Of a DNA stretch of 64,000 nt, positions 55,465-63,964 are shown in pieces. How positions within the stretch are numbered: position 1 is the first letter of the stretch; each line of letters opens with the position of its first letter. A program made the position numbers and the translations under genes. Source of the stretch: Candidatus Xenobia bacterium (GTDB lineage Bacteria; Vulcanimicrobiota; Xenobia; Xenobiales; QWHO01); the NCBI GenBank assembly GCA_045863235.1, contig BTUM01000003.1, forward strand, positions 32,001-96,000, read 5' to 3'. Under the pieces are notes generated by a model, which had not been told where the DNA came from, ran no database searches, and saw only the letters and a program-made list of their open reading frames with translations.

Positions 55465-56982
55465 ATGCAGATCGCATCCAGGCTGGCCAGCATGGCCCCG
55501 CCAGGGGCCCGTCCCACGCTGGTTCGCCCGCAAGAGCAGAGCGAGCCGGTGGATCGCGTGCAGCTCAGCTCCCGTGAAGCCGAGCCTGGCCGCAAGATCC
55601 ACCCGGCCGTGGGCCTGGCCACCGGGCTGATGGCCGCCCTGTCTCTGGCCGGGGCGCTGGCCGCGCCGGCCCAGGCCGGGGCCTGGAACCAGCCGGTGGC
55701 GGCCCAGTCCTTCGAGTTCGACCAGTTCGGACACGGGGGCAGCAAGCTCCAGTTCCCGGGCCACGGCATCGAGCACCATCACGGCGGCAACTGGGACCGC
55801 GAGACGGTGGAGGGCGGCTGGCGCATCCCCCGCAACGAGAGCCCCATTCGGGTGCAGCCCCGGCACGCCTACCAGGTGAGCGTGGGGACCTCCGACATGG
55901 GGCCGGCCCGCGTGCTCGACAACACCCGCGGGCGCATCCAGGCCGTGCGCCTGCAGTGGCCGGCCGAGTCCGACCCGCGGGCAGCCCGGGCCCACGAGGC
56001 GATGTTCCGCGACCTGCTCACCAAGTTGCCCACTGATGTGCGCTTCGAGATCGTGGTCGAATCGGGTGGGGAGTCAGCTTTGCGCCAGCTGATCGCCCAG
56101 AGCCGGGTGACCAATCCCGAGCGCATCGAGCTGCACACCATGGGCCTTCGCTCCAGCCGCGAGGAGCTCTACCAGGGCATGAGCATGTGGTCGCGCGACG
56201 GGGCGGTGGTGCTCACGCGCGAGTCGGACGGACGCGAGGTGGTGCTCCTCCCCCACTCGTTCCGCAACGACGGCAAAGTGGACGAGTACCTCAACCGGAT
56301 CATCTGGCAGGGAACCGGGGCCGCTCCGGCCAGCCTGGTGAACCATCCCGGCATCCTGGTGCGCCGCTCCACGCTCGACTTCGAGGGCGGCAACGTGGTG
56401 GCCAACGGACGCCACGTGCTGCTCAGCCACGACACCATCTCCGACAACGCCCGCCGGCTCAATCTCACCTCTGAGCAAGTGGTGGCGCGCTTTGAAACCG
56501 AGTTCGGGCGCCAGGTGATCGTGGCCAACGAGACCGACTTTCACCTCGACCTGGGGGTTGGCTTCCTGGACGACCACACCGTCACCGTGGCCTCCCCGGC
56601 CCTGGCCCGGAGCGTGAGCGGGTTGCCCGCAAGCGAGCTGGAGACCATGCGCGAGGTGACCCGCGAGAAAGACCTGCAGGGCCGCTACGACCGACTGGCC
56701 GAGACGCTGGCTCAGAAGGGCTACCGGGTGGTGCGCATGCCCAACCTGGGCGGGCGCAGCCTCTCCAGCCCCTACCTGACCTACCAGAACGTGCTGATCG
56801 AGAGCTACCAGGGGGTCAAGCGGGTCTACATGCCCGTCTACGGGGCCAGCACCGACCGGGCCGCGCGCCAGGCTTACGAGGCGGAGGGGTTCGAGGTGGT
56901 GGAGATTCCGGCTGCCCTGCTCTCGACCCGGCTCGGAGGCGGCATCCGCTGCGCCGTGGGCGAGTTGGACATCCTCCAGTAA
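55465..56982 (+). CDS. Pentein (amidinotransferase/deiminase) superfamily enzyme with long N-terminal leader
   Basis: WSRD, FEGGNV, FHLD, TYQN, GGGIRC catalytic pattern. Confidence 0.8.
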   Translation: MQIASRLASMAPPGARPTLVRPQEQSEPVDRVQLSSREAEPGRKIHPAVGLATGLMAALSLAGALAAPAQAGAWNQPVAAQSFEFDQFGHGGSKLQFPGHGIEHHHGGNWDRETVEGGWRIPRNESPIRVQPRHAYQVSVGTSDMGPARVLDNTRGRIQAVRLQWPAESDPRAARAHEAMFRDLLTKLPTDVRFEIVVESGGESALRQLIAQSRVTNPERIELHTMGLRSSREELYQGMSMWSRDGAVVLTRESDGREVVLLPHSFRNDGKVDEYLNRIIWQGTGAAPASLVNHPGILVRRSTLDFEGGNVVANGRHVLLSHDTISDNARRLNLTSEQVVARFETEFGRQVIVANETDFHLDLGVGFLDDHTVTVASPALARSVSGLPASELETMREVTREKDLQGRYDRLAETLAQKGYRVVRMPNLGGRSLSSPYLTYQNVLIESYQGVKRVYMPVYGASTDRAARQAYEAEGFEVVEIPAALLSTRLGGGIRCAVGELDILQ

Positions 56983-57000
56983 TGTGTTGGGCGTTACGTA

Positions 57001-57073
57001 CTGAAGGTTTTGCCTTTCCTTCGGAGGCGCCTCCATACAAGTCTGTCGGCGCCAGTTACTGCAAAACCTTCAG
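57001..57073. repeat. 13-bp perfect inverted repeat enclosing an inner palindrome, between convergent genes
   Basis: CTGAAGGTTTTGC (57001-57013) / GCAAAACCTTCAG (57061-57073); inner GGAGGCGCCTCC. Confidence 0.75.
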
Positions 57074-57088
57074 CACTCCACTTTGATC

Positions 57089-57697
57089 TTAGAAGAGCGA
57101 GCGCTTGTCTTCCATGGGACGCTTGGGCACCCTGATCCCACCCACGACGACCGCGTTGGACTGCTCGCTGACCCCGCCCGGCGTGGGAGGCTTCAAGAGG
57201 CGTTGCAGCTCGTCGATCTGAGCTTCCTCCTTGCGCAGGGCGGCCTCGGCTTCGTGCATCTGAGCCACTGCCCCCTGGTGGGCCGCTGCCAGGGACGTGA
57301 CCTGGCCCTGCTGGGCGTAAAAGCGATTGACCAGCGCGTCGTGCTCGGCTCGCATTCGAGGACCCTTGACCTTCCAGGTCTCGATGCCCACGACGCAGGC
57401 GGCGCAGGTGGCAAAGCCCACCAGGCTGATGCCCGCCAGCCAGGGATTGTGCAGAATGACGCCGGCGTTGACGGTGCCCATGCCCACCATGAAACTGCCC
57501 ATCCCAACCATGGGCATCAAGTTGCGCACCTTCACCCAGCGATTGATCTTGTTGGCCTGCTTGTCAGCCTCGGCCGCCTTCTGGTTGCAGCTGATGGTGG
57601 CTTGGTCGACCGCCTGACGCTTCTCCTCGACGTTGCGAGCAGCCCGAGCATACGCTTCGCGAAGGGTATCAAGGTTGGCTGTGGCGGTAACCTTCAT
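57089..57697 (-). CDS. Coiled-coil / two-TM / coiled-coil protein with C-terminal GG-I-R motif
   Basis: Helical N-terminus, hydrophobic hairpin (LMPMVGMGSFMVGMG...WLAGISLVGFATCAACVVGI), coiled coil, then GVSEQSNAVVVGGIRVPKR. Confidence 0.78.
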   Translation of the reverse strand: MKVTATANLDTLREAYARAARNVEEKRQAVDQATISCNQKAAEADKQANKINRWVKVRNLMPMVGMGSFMVGMGTVNAGVILHNPWLAGISLVGFATCAACVVGIETWKVKGPRMRAEHDALVNRFYAQQGQVTSLAAAHQGAVAQMHEAEAALRKEEAQIDELQRLLKPPTPGGVSEQSNAVVVGGIRVPKRPMEDKRSLF

Positions 57698-57780
57698 CGT
57701 GCCAGCAGACTACCTCTGCCGGCTCAAAGAATCCTGAACCTCGAGGCGTGGCACGGAAGGCCGCTTCGTCGCGCGGCGCC

Positions 57781-58599
57781 TTAAGCCGGGCGCAGCTCGG
57801 TCGAGTTCAGCGGGCCGGGCGGGTCGATGCTGACGCTGCCCAGTCCCAGGCTGATCTCGGTGGTGTTGAACCAGCGCGGGGGATCGATGCTGATGCGCTG
57901 ATCCTCCACGGTAATCTTCGTGCTGTTGAAGAGCCCGGGCGGATCCACCGTGATGGTGCCGTTCTCGTGGTGAATGGAGGTGTCACGGCTCCAGCCGCGC
58001 TTGTCCAGCGTCCAGCCGTTCTCGTCCTGGCGCAGCTTGTGGGCGTAGGTGGAGCCGCTGGCCTGGATGGTCCAGCCCTCGGTGCCTTTGGTCAGCTGGA
58101 TCTCGTTGTAGAGACCGGCCGGGTCGATCAGAACGGAGTTGCCGTTCCTGGTGATGCGAGTGTCCTGCGCCAGGCCCGGGCGATTGATGCGGATGCTGTT
58201 CTCGTCCTGGCTGATGGAGGTGGAGTTGACCATGCCGGGGGGATTGATCTCGGTCGGGCTGACCGAGGTGTCGTTGAGCGGGCCCTGGGGATCGATCACG
58301 TAATTGGGGCTGCCCAGAGCCGTCTCGATGGGAGCGTAGAAGGCCAGGAACGGCACCATGCTGAGGTTGCCGTGCAGGTCATAGAAGAGCCCGTCGCCGA
58401 TGTGCACGCCGTGGGGCGAGCGCTCCACCGGCACCAGCTGGCCGTCCTTGACCTCGGTACGGCGCACGATGTCGATCTTGCCCAGCAGATCGGGCGCGTA
58501 GGCCATCTGGAACCCGTCCTGGGGATCTCGACGAAAAGTGGGAGCCGGCGGAGCCGGGGCAGGGGCCTGGGGAGGCGGAGCGGTGGCTGAAATGAGCAT
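57781..58599 (-). CDS. Hypothetical protein with ~20-aa beta-hairpin repeats
   Basis: About nine units of [IV]x[IV]DPPGxxNxTxI; Pro/Ala-rich N-terminus. Confidence 0.8.
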   Translation of the reverse strand: MLISATAPPPQAPAPAPPAPTFRRDPQDGFQMAYAPDLLGKIDIVRRTEVKDGQLVPVERSPHGVHIGDGLFYDLHGNLSMVPFLAFYAPIETALGSPNYVIDPQGPLNDTSVSPTEINPPGMVNSTSISQDENSIRINRPGLAQDTRITRNGNSVLIDPAGLYNEIQLTKGTEGWTIQASGSTYAHKLRQDENGWTLDKRGWSRDTSIHHENGTITVDPPGLFNSTKITVEDQRISIDPPRWFNTTEISLGLGSVSIDPPGPLNSTELRPA

Positions 58600-58647
58600 G
58601 CCCGGAGTGTAGTCAACTGGCCTGCCGGGGGCGTTGCCGGAATGTTG

Positions 58648-60369
58648 CTACTCCACCAGCAAGAGCCGCTCGGCCAGCTCGAAGCAATCCACCGGCCAGT
58701 AAACGGCCGGACGCGGCCTCTTGCAGCCGGCGTAGTCGCGATGGGGCCGGCAGCTCAGGATGCTGCGAATCCATTGCCCGGGCACCCCCGAGCGGCCCAG
58801 GTGGGAGCCGAGCAAGGCGCCGCAGATGGCCGCGTTGGTGTCGGTGTCGCCGCCGCGGCGCACCGTCTCGACCAGCGCCTCCTCCAGGGTGGGGGTGGTC
58901 AGCAGGTGGTGGAAGGCATTCATCAGCGCGATACGCACCCAGCCCATCTGGTGCTGGAACTCGGCCGGCGGCGCCTGGCGAGCTTGCTCGAGCCATTCGC
59001 GCACGGCGTCTGTGGCCTGTCCGAGAGCCGCGGCGTGCATGGCCTCGCGACTCTCCCCCCGCAGGCCTGCCTGGATTGCCGCGACATAGGAGCGGCAGGC
59101 AGTCACGCAAGCCGGGTGGGGATGAGTGAGGGAGCTATCCTCCTCGGCAAAGTCGCAGGCCCGCGCATCGCGCAGCAAGCCCATCGGGGCCATCCGCATC
59201 AGCGAGCCGTTGGCCTGGCTGCGGGGGTCGGGCCGACCCTGCAGGCCCGATGCGGTCGTGCGGCCGATGTCGAAAGGGGGCGTGAGCAGCCAGTCCTGGT
59301 AGGCCGAATAGGCCCGGGTGAACGAATAGCCACCCCGCTCGAGGATAGAGCGAGCCAGCGCCAGGGCCATCTCCGAGTCATCGGTGGGCTGGCCGGCCAG
59401 GGTGTTCCAGCGCCCTCCATCCTCCAGCTTGCGCGGATGCCCCTCCCGGTAACGCCCCGCGATGGAGGCGGCCGTCTCGAACTCCACCAGGGCTCCCAGC
59501 GAGTCCCCGGCCAGCTGGCCCAGCAGGCAGCCCTGGGCCCGGTCGAGCAGACCGGGGTCGGCGATGGTCTGACCTGGCATCAGGCGGGTCGGAAACAGGG
59601 ACGTGCTCTCCTCGGCCGAGCGGGCCATCACCTGATCGAAGTCGCGCGAGCACAGCTCGCGAGCCCCCGCAAAGCAGCGCCGCCACTGGCCCTCGGCCTG
59701 ATCCGAGTAGGTCAGCGGCTGACCGGCGGGGTCGTAGAGCTCGCCCCCGGCCGCCCGCAAGAGCGCGTGGCCGCCCACCACGTCCACGGCCCGCGGGTTC
59801 TGCAGCGACACGCCGCCGTCGGCCTCGCCAGCAGCCACCAGGGCCAGCCGGTAGGCCACACTGGGCATGGCCCGAATGCGGGCCGGGGACACGGCGCGCA
59901 GGTTGGCGCCGGGCTTCTTGTCGGCGCTCTGGGAAACGATCACCACGCTCTGCGGGCCCAGCGGGTCCCAACAGCGACGCGGCACGAGCTGGCCGTTGCG
60001 GGTCAGCGGCTCGCCCACCAGGCCGGCGATCATGTCCCCCCGGTCATCGGGATAGGTGGGCGAGTACACCACGCCCAGCACCGGGCGGCCTCGCTGGAGC
60101 AGCCCGATGGATACGGTGCTGCCCCGAAAGCCGAGCTGGAAGGCGGCGGTGCCGTCCTGCGGGTCGACCACCCACCAGTGCTCGGGATCGCTGCCGGCCT
60201 GCGCCCCGGTCTCCTCGCCCCGGTAGCCCCACTCGGGAAAGGCGGCGGTGAGACGGGCACGAATCAGCTCCTCGGCCTCGTGGTCGATGGGGGCGTGGCC
60301 CGCCGAGCCCCTCGGGCCGGCGTGGAACTCCTGCCGGATCATCTCGCCGGCCTCGCGCGCGACCTCCAC
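58648..60369 (-). CDS. Inositol-monophosphatase family domain fused to ADP-ribosylglycohydrolase (DraG/ARH) domain
   Basis: IMPase motifs GEE, WVVDPQDGT, LALVAAGEAD. ARH motifs LLGQLAGDSLG, PTDDSEMAL, ANGSLMR, THPHP, GGDTDTNAAICGALLG. True start may be ~33 nt further upstream. Confidence 0.88.
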   Translation of the reverse strand: MEVAREAGEMIRQEFHAGPRGSAGHAPIDHEAEELIRARLTAAFPEWGYRGEETGAQAGSDPEHWWVVDPQDGTAAFQLGFRGSTVSIGLLQRGRPVLGVVYSPTYPDDRGDMIAGLVGEPLTRNGQLVPRRCWDPLGPQSVVIVSQSADKKPGANLRAVSPARIRAMPSVAYRLALVAAGEADGGVSLQNPRAVDVVGGHALLRAAGGELYDPAGQPLTYSDQAEGQWRRCFAGARELCSRDFDQVMARSAEESTSLFPTRLMPGQTIADPGLLDRAQGCLLGQLAGDSLGALVEFETAASIAGRYREGHPRKLEDGGRWNTLAGQPTDDSEMALALARSILERGGYSFTRAYSAYQDWLLTPPFDIGRTTASGLQGRPDPRSQANGSLMRMAPMGLLRDARACDFAEEDSSLTHPHPACVTACRSYVAAIQAGLRGESREAMHAAALGQATDAVREWLEQARQAPPAEFQHQMGWVRIALMNAFHHLLTTPTLEEALVETVRRGGDTDTNAAICGALLGSHLGRSGVPGQWIRSILSCRPHRDYAGCKRPRPAVYWPVDCFELAERLLLVE

Positions 60370-60394
60370 GGCCAGCGCCAGGGCTCTGGAAAGG

Positions 60395-61984
60395 TCAGCC
60401 AGCGGGTTGCACCACCGGAGGCTTCACCCCTTCGGGCAGCGAGTCGACCCAGGTGCGGAAGAGCTCGAGCTCGTCGATGTCCTCGATGGCTCTCAGGAAG
60501 CGCTCGGCCTGGCGCACGAAGCCGGCCTGGACGGCCACCTTCAGAGCGCTCTTGAAAGCCTCCACCGCCTTCTGGTTCTCCTTTTTGGTGCGATACAGCA
60601 CGCCCAGCTCGTACCAGGTCTCTGCCAGCCAGGCGGTGTTGCCCTTCTTCTGCAGGTCTTCCAGGGCCTGGAGAAACTGCCCCTCGGCCTTCTCATGGTT
60701 ATTCTCGAGCCGGTCGATCGTGCCGAAGAGCGCTTGTAGGTAGGCCGCTTCCAGCTGGCGTTGGGCCCCCAGGAAGTAGTTGCGCGACTTGCTACCCACC
60801 TCGCGGGCCCGGTCGGGAGCGCCGTTCTTGAGGTGCGCCTGACACAGGTCCATGTAGACACGGGCGATGTTGATCGAGTCGTCCACATACTGGAACAGAC
60901 CCAGGCTCTCCTCGAGATTGCGGATGGCCTCGTCCAGGTCACCGACCTGGATCAAGCAGCGCCCGAGGTTGCGATAGGAGTAGCCCATGGCGTAGAAGTT
61001 GCGAAAGCGAGTGCTGATCTCGAGGTCGCGGCGGAAGTAGTCCACGGCGATCTCGTACTCTTCGCGCACCATGTGCACCTGGCCCAGCTTGCCGTAGATG
61101 GTGGCCAGCTCGGTCTTGGCCCCCAGCCGGCGGCACAGGCCCTCGCCCTTCTTCAGGGTGTAGATGGCCTCTTCCAGCCGGTTGAGCGAGAGGAAGGTGC
61201 GCCCGATGGAGTCGTAGACTTTGGCCTGTCCGTAGGCGCAGCTGGCCGTCTTGTAGATCTTGAGGGCGGCCAGGTGCCAGTCGAGCGCGCCCCGGAAGTC
61301 TCCGGCGGTACTGACCATCACGCCGATGTAGCGCTTGACCGAGGCCTCCTCCAGGGTCAAAGGCATGCCCTCGAGCAGCTTGAGAGCCTCCTCCAGGTGC
61401 ACCTTGGCCTGCTCGCTCTGGCCGAGGCGGAAGTTGTAGAGCCCGAACTGCGAGAGGATGGTGGCCCGCAGGCGGCGCGTCTCGGGCGAATCGGGCAGGC
61501 CCTCGGAGGCCTTCAGGGCCTCCTCGATGTAGCTGCGGCCCTCGTCGAGTTCGCCCTGGCGCGAGGAGTTGGCCCCCAGGAAATACTTGGCCTGGGCGAT
61601 CAGGCGCTGGTCTTTGAGCTCGGTGGCCAGCTCCAGGGCGGCTCGAAAGCAGTCGGAAGCCGGAATGCGGTCGCCTCGGTTGCTCAGGATCTCGCCCTTC
61701 TTCAGGTGAGCCCGCACCAGATCGGGCCGCGTCCGGGGACCGGGCTCGATCTTGGAGACCTTGTCCAGCTCGCGCAGGGCACGATCCCACTTGCCCAGCA
61801 CCAGACAGACGCCGCAGAAGGCGTTGCGAGCCTGCAGCTCGAGCTCCTCGGTCTGGGGGCCGAGCGGCAGGAGCCGCACCGACTCGAGCGCTCTGGTGTA
61901 TACGTCAAGCGCCTGGGGATACTGCAGCTGGCTGACCAGCTGGCTGCCCTCCAAAAACATGGCCTGAATGTCGGATGGATTCAC
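60395..61984 (-). CDS. Tetratricopeptide repeat protein (MalT-like TPRs)
   Basis: Continuous ~40-aa TPR units (AKVYDSIGRTF, ATIYGKLGQVH, SYRNLGRCL); GGAGGT before the GTG at 61984. Confidence 0.88.
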   Translation of the reverse strand: MNPSDIQAMFLEGSQLVSQLQYPQALDVYTRALESVRLLPLGPQTEELELQARNAFCGVCLVLGKWDRALRELDKVSKIEPGPRTRPDLVRAHLKKGEILSNRGDRIPASDCFRAALELATELKDQRLIAQAKYFLGANSSRQGELDEGRSYIEEALKASEGLPDSPETRRLRATILSQFGLYNFRLGQSEQAKVHLEEALKLLEGMPLTLEEASVKRYIGVMVSTAGDFRGALDWHLAALKIYKTASCAYGQAKVYDSIGRTFLSLNRLEEAIYTLKKGEGLCRRLGAKTELATIYGKLGQVHMVREEYEIAVDYFRRDLEISTRFRNFYAMGYSYRNLGRCLIQVGDLDEAIRNLEESLGLFQYVDDSINIARVYMDLCQAHLKNGAPDRAREVGSKSRNYFLGAQRQLEAAYLQALFGTIDRLENNHEKAEGQFLQALEDLQKKGNTAWLAETWYELGVLYRTKKENQKAVEAFKSALKVAVQAGFVRQAERFLRAIEDIDELELFRTWVDSLPEGVKPPVVQPAG

Positions 61985-62073
61985 CGGGGCACCTCCCGGA
62001 CGGGTCTCTTCCAAAGAGTTCAAAGGACTCCCCTCCGGCTCTCGAGCGAACTTCGGCTGCCCCTTCGCCAAAC

Positions 62074-62108
62074 CAAAAGCGGGCCCCTGTCCTCAGGGCC
62101 CGCTTTTG
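62074..62108 (-). terminator. Rho-independent (potentially bidirectional) terminator
   Basis: CAAAAGCGGGCCC / GGGCCCGCTTTTG stem with A/T tracts on both sides, immediately after the PilZ stop. Confidence 0.8.
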
Positions 62109-62109
62109 T

Positions 62110-62664
62110 TCAGGCGCTTCGAGGTCGGGGACAGATGGAAGAGACCCGCACGAGCAGGTCACGCAAAGCGCTCATCTGTTTTGGCCCGCGCCCCACGAAG
62201 CGAACCCGGCATCCGCCCGGACAGCGCTGCACCACCCTGGCCCACAGATCGATGCCCATCAGATCGATCTGGACCACCTTACCGGCATCGAGCGGAAGAT
62301 CGAGCCGGGCTCCATCCATGCCCAGGTCGATGGTGTAGCCACGCAGGCCGTTCTTGACGCGGACCGGGAAGAGAGCCGGAAAGCGGCGAGCCCGGCGCGG
62401 TCGCTGCTCGGTCTTGCGTGCTCCCACCAGGATCACCCCGGCCAGGTTGCCGCGCACCCATTTCACCCGACCGAATCGGTCCTCCACGCGGACTCGAGCG
62501 CCCACGGCGGGACGGTCGAGGAAGGCCACGCGCGCTCCTCGAGGGCTGCTGTCGAGCAAGAAACCCAATCCCGGCAAGCTGCGCAGCTCGCTGCGCCGTC
62601 CTTCGCGCCTTCGATCCCAGATGCGGTCGTCCTGAGTCAGACTGTAAACAAGCTCATGGTACAT
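62110..62664 (-). CDS. PilZ domain-containing protein
   Basis: RRARRFP, TIDLGMDGARL, ARVVQR, CRVRF; AGGAGG RBS. Confidence 0.78.
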   Translation of the reverse strand: MYHELVYSLTQDDRIWDRRREGRRSELRSLPGLGFLLDSSPRGARVAFLDRPAVGARVRVEDRFGRVKWVRGNLAGVILVGARKTEQRPRRARRFPALFPVRVKNGLRGYTIDLGMDGARLDLPLDAGKVVQIDLMGIDLWARVVQRCPGGCRVRFVGRGPKQMSALRDLLVRVSSICPRPRSA

Positions 62665-62752
62665 GGTGGCCTCCTGAGGCTGATTTTAAACCAGTCTGAG
62701 GGGCAGTGGCTGTCAGGCTGTTGGAATTTGTGCAAACTTTGTTGCCGAATTG

Positions 62753-63964
62753 TTACGAGTTTCCGTCGGCGCGCACGATGGTGAGGCGCCACTGACCCGG
62801 GCCCGATGTTGCGCCTCCGGCCAGGGAATGGTCAAACAGGAGCGACGAGGATCCGCTCATGGTCACGGAGCGGGCCACCAGGGCCCCGATGATGCGCGAG
62901 TCTCCGGAAGTACTGGCATTGGAGTCAGGCGCATAGACCCCGCCACGTAGCCCGGCGTCCATGCTGAGCGACAGGCTCCCTCCCAGCACGATGACCTGGA
63001 GATTGGAGGGATTCCCCCCGGGGTTGATCTGGGTGGTGCCCGACTGGCTCAGCCCGTTGTCGGCCAGGATCAAGACCGGGCCGGAAGGATTCTGGATGAC
63101 CAGGCGCGAGGAGCCGCTCAGACTGATTCCCTGGGCAAAGAAGTACTGTCCCGAGGTCAGCACCGCCTGGCTGTCGCCGCTCATCGAGAGTCTCCGATAG
63201 TTGCCCGGAGCCAGGTCCTGTTGATCGGTTCCGCTCAGGCTCACCGCCTGCAAAGGGCCGGTGGTGCTGGGAGCGGCATAGCTGGTGAAGGTTTTGGGAA
63301 CGGTCAGCACCCCCAGCGAGCCGTAGGAGGAGGTGCCACTGTTGCTGACCGAGCCGGGCCCACCCCCTGGCCCGACCATGAGGAGCCCGTCGATGCGGCT
63401 GTCGCCGCTCATATTGACCACTCCGCCGGAGAAACCGTTGGTGCCCGTCTGAAAGGGCAGAGGGGAGGGCAAGGACGGCCCCCATGAGCGAATGGCGGAA
63501 GTGCCGGACATACTGATGCTGCCATCGGAAAAGAGCCCGTAATCGAACAGGTTGGTGCTCTGGCCCCGGATGGCCAGGGCCCCGGCCGTGAAGCGCGAGC
63601 TGCCAGAGCGCCCCACGCTCACCATGTAGACAGCCCCGGCCGGCACTGCAGTGCCGTCCGGGGCGAGCGTGGCGGGGCCGGCGGTGTTGTTGAGAAAGAG
63701 CACGTCGTAGCGCACCTGGCTCAGGTCCGGCATGGCGTCGCTGATGGGCGCTGACCAGGCGTCGTTGGCCTTGAGCCGGCTCAACCCCACCTGAAGCCCC
63801 GAGCGGGCCGCATGCTCGCATCGGGCCATGGTGGCCCGGTCGGAGGTGCGCCGCAGGCTCTGCACGCTCCAAAAGTGCACGCTCAGCACCAGCATCCACA
63901 GCAGGAGGCCGAAGAACAGCACCGAGACGAGCCCGAAGGCTCGGTCAGTTCTTGGGAACGACAT
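62753..63964 (-). CDS. PilX/Tad-like minor pilin with C-terminal Gly/Ser-rich beta-helix domain
   Basis: RAFGLVSVLFFGLLLWMLVL pilin-like helix, HAARSGL, VSVGRSG, LAPGNY, LTSGQYFF, GGVYAPDS, GALVARSV. Confidence 0.7.
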   Translation of the reverse strand: MSFPRTDRAFGLVSVLFFGLLLWMLVLSVHFWSVQSLRRTSDRATMARCEHAARSGLQVGLSRLKANDAWSAPISDAMPDLSQVRYDVLFLNNTAGPATLAPDGTAVPAGAVYMVSVGRSGSSRFTAGALAIRGQSTNLFDYGLFSDGSISMSGTSAIRSWGPSLPSPLPFQTGTNGFSGGVVNMSGDSRIDGLLMVGPGGGPGSVSNSGTSSYGSLGVLTVPKTFTSYAAPSTTGPLQAVSLSGTDQQDLAPGNYRRLSMSGDSQAVLTSGQYFFAQGISLSGSSRLVIQNPSGPVLILADNGLSQSGTTQINPGGNPSNLQVIVLGGSLSLSMDAGLRGGVYAPDSNASTSGDSRIIGALVARSVTMSGSSSLLFDHSLAGGATSGPGQWRLTIVRADGNS

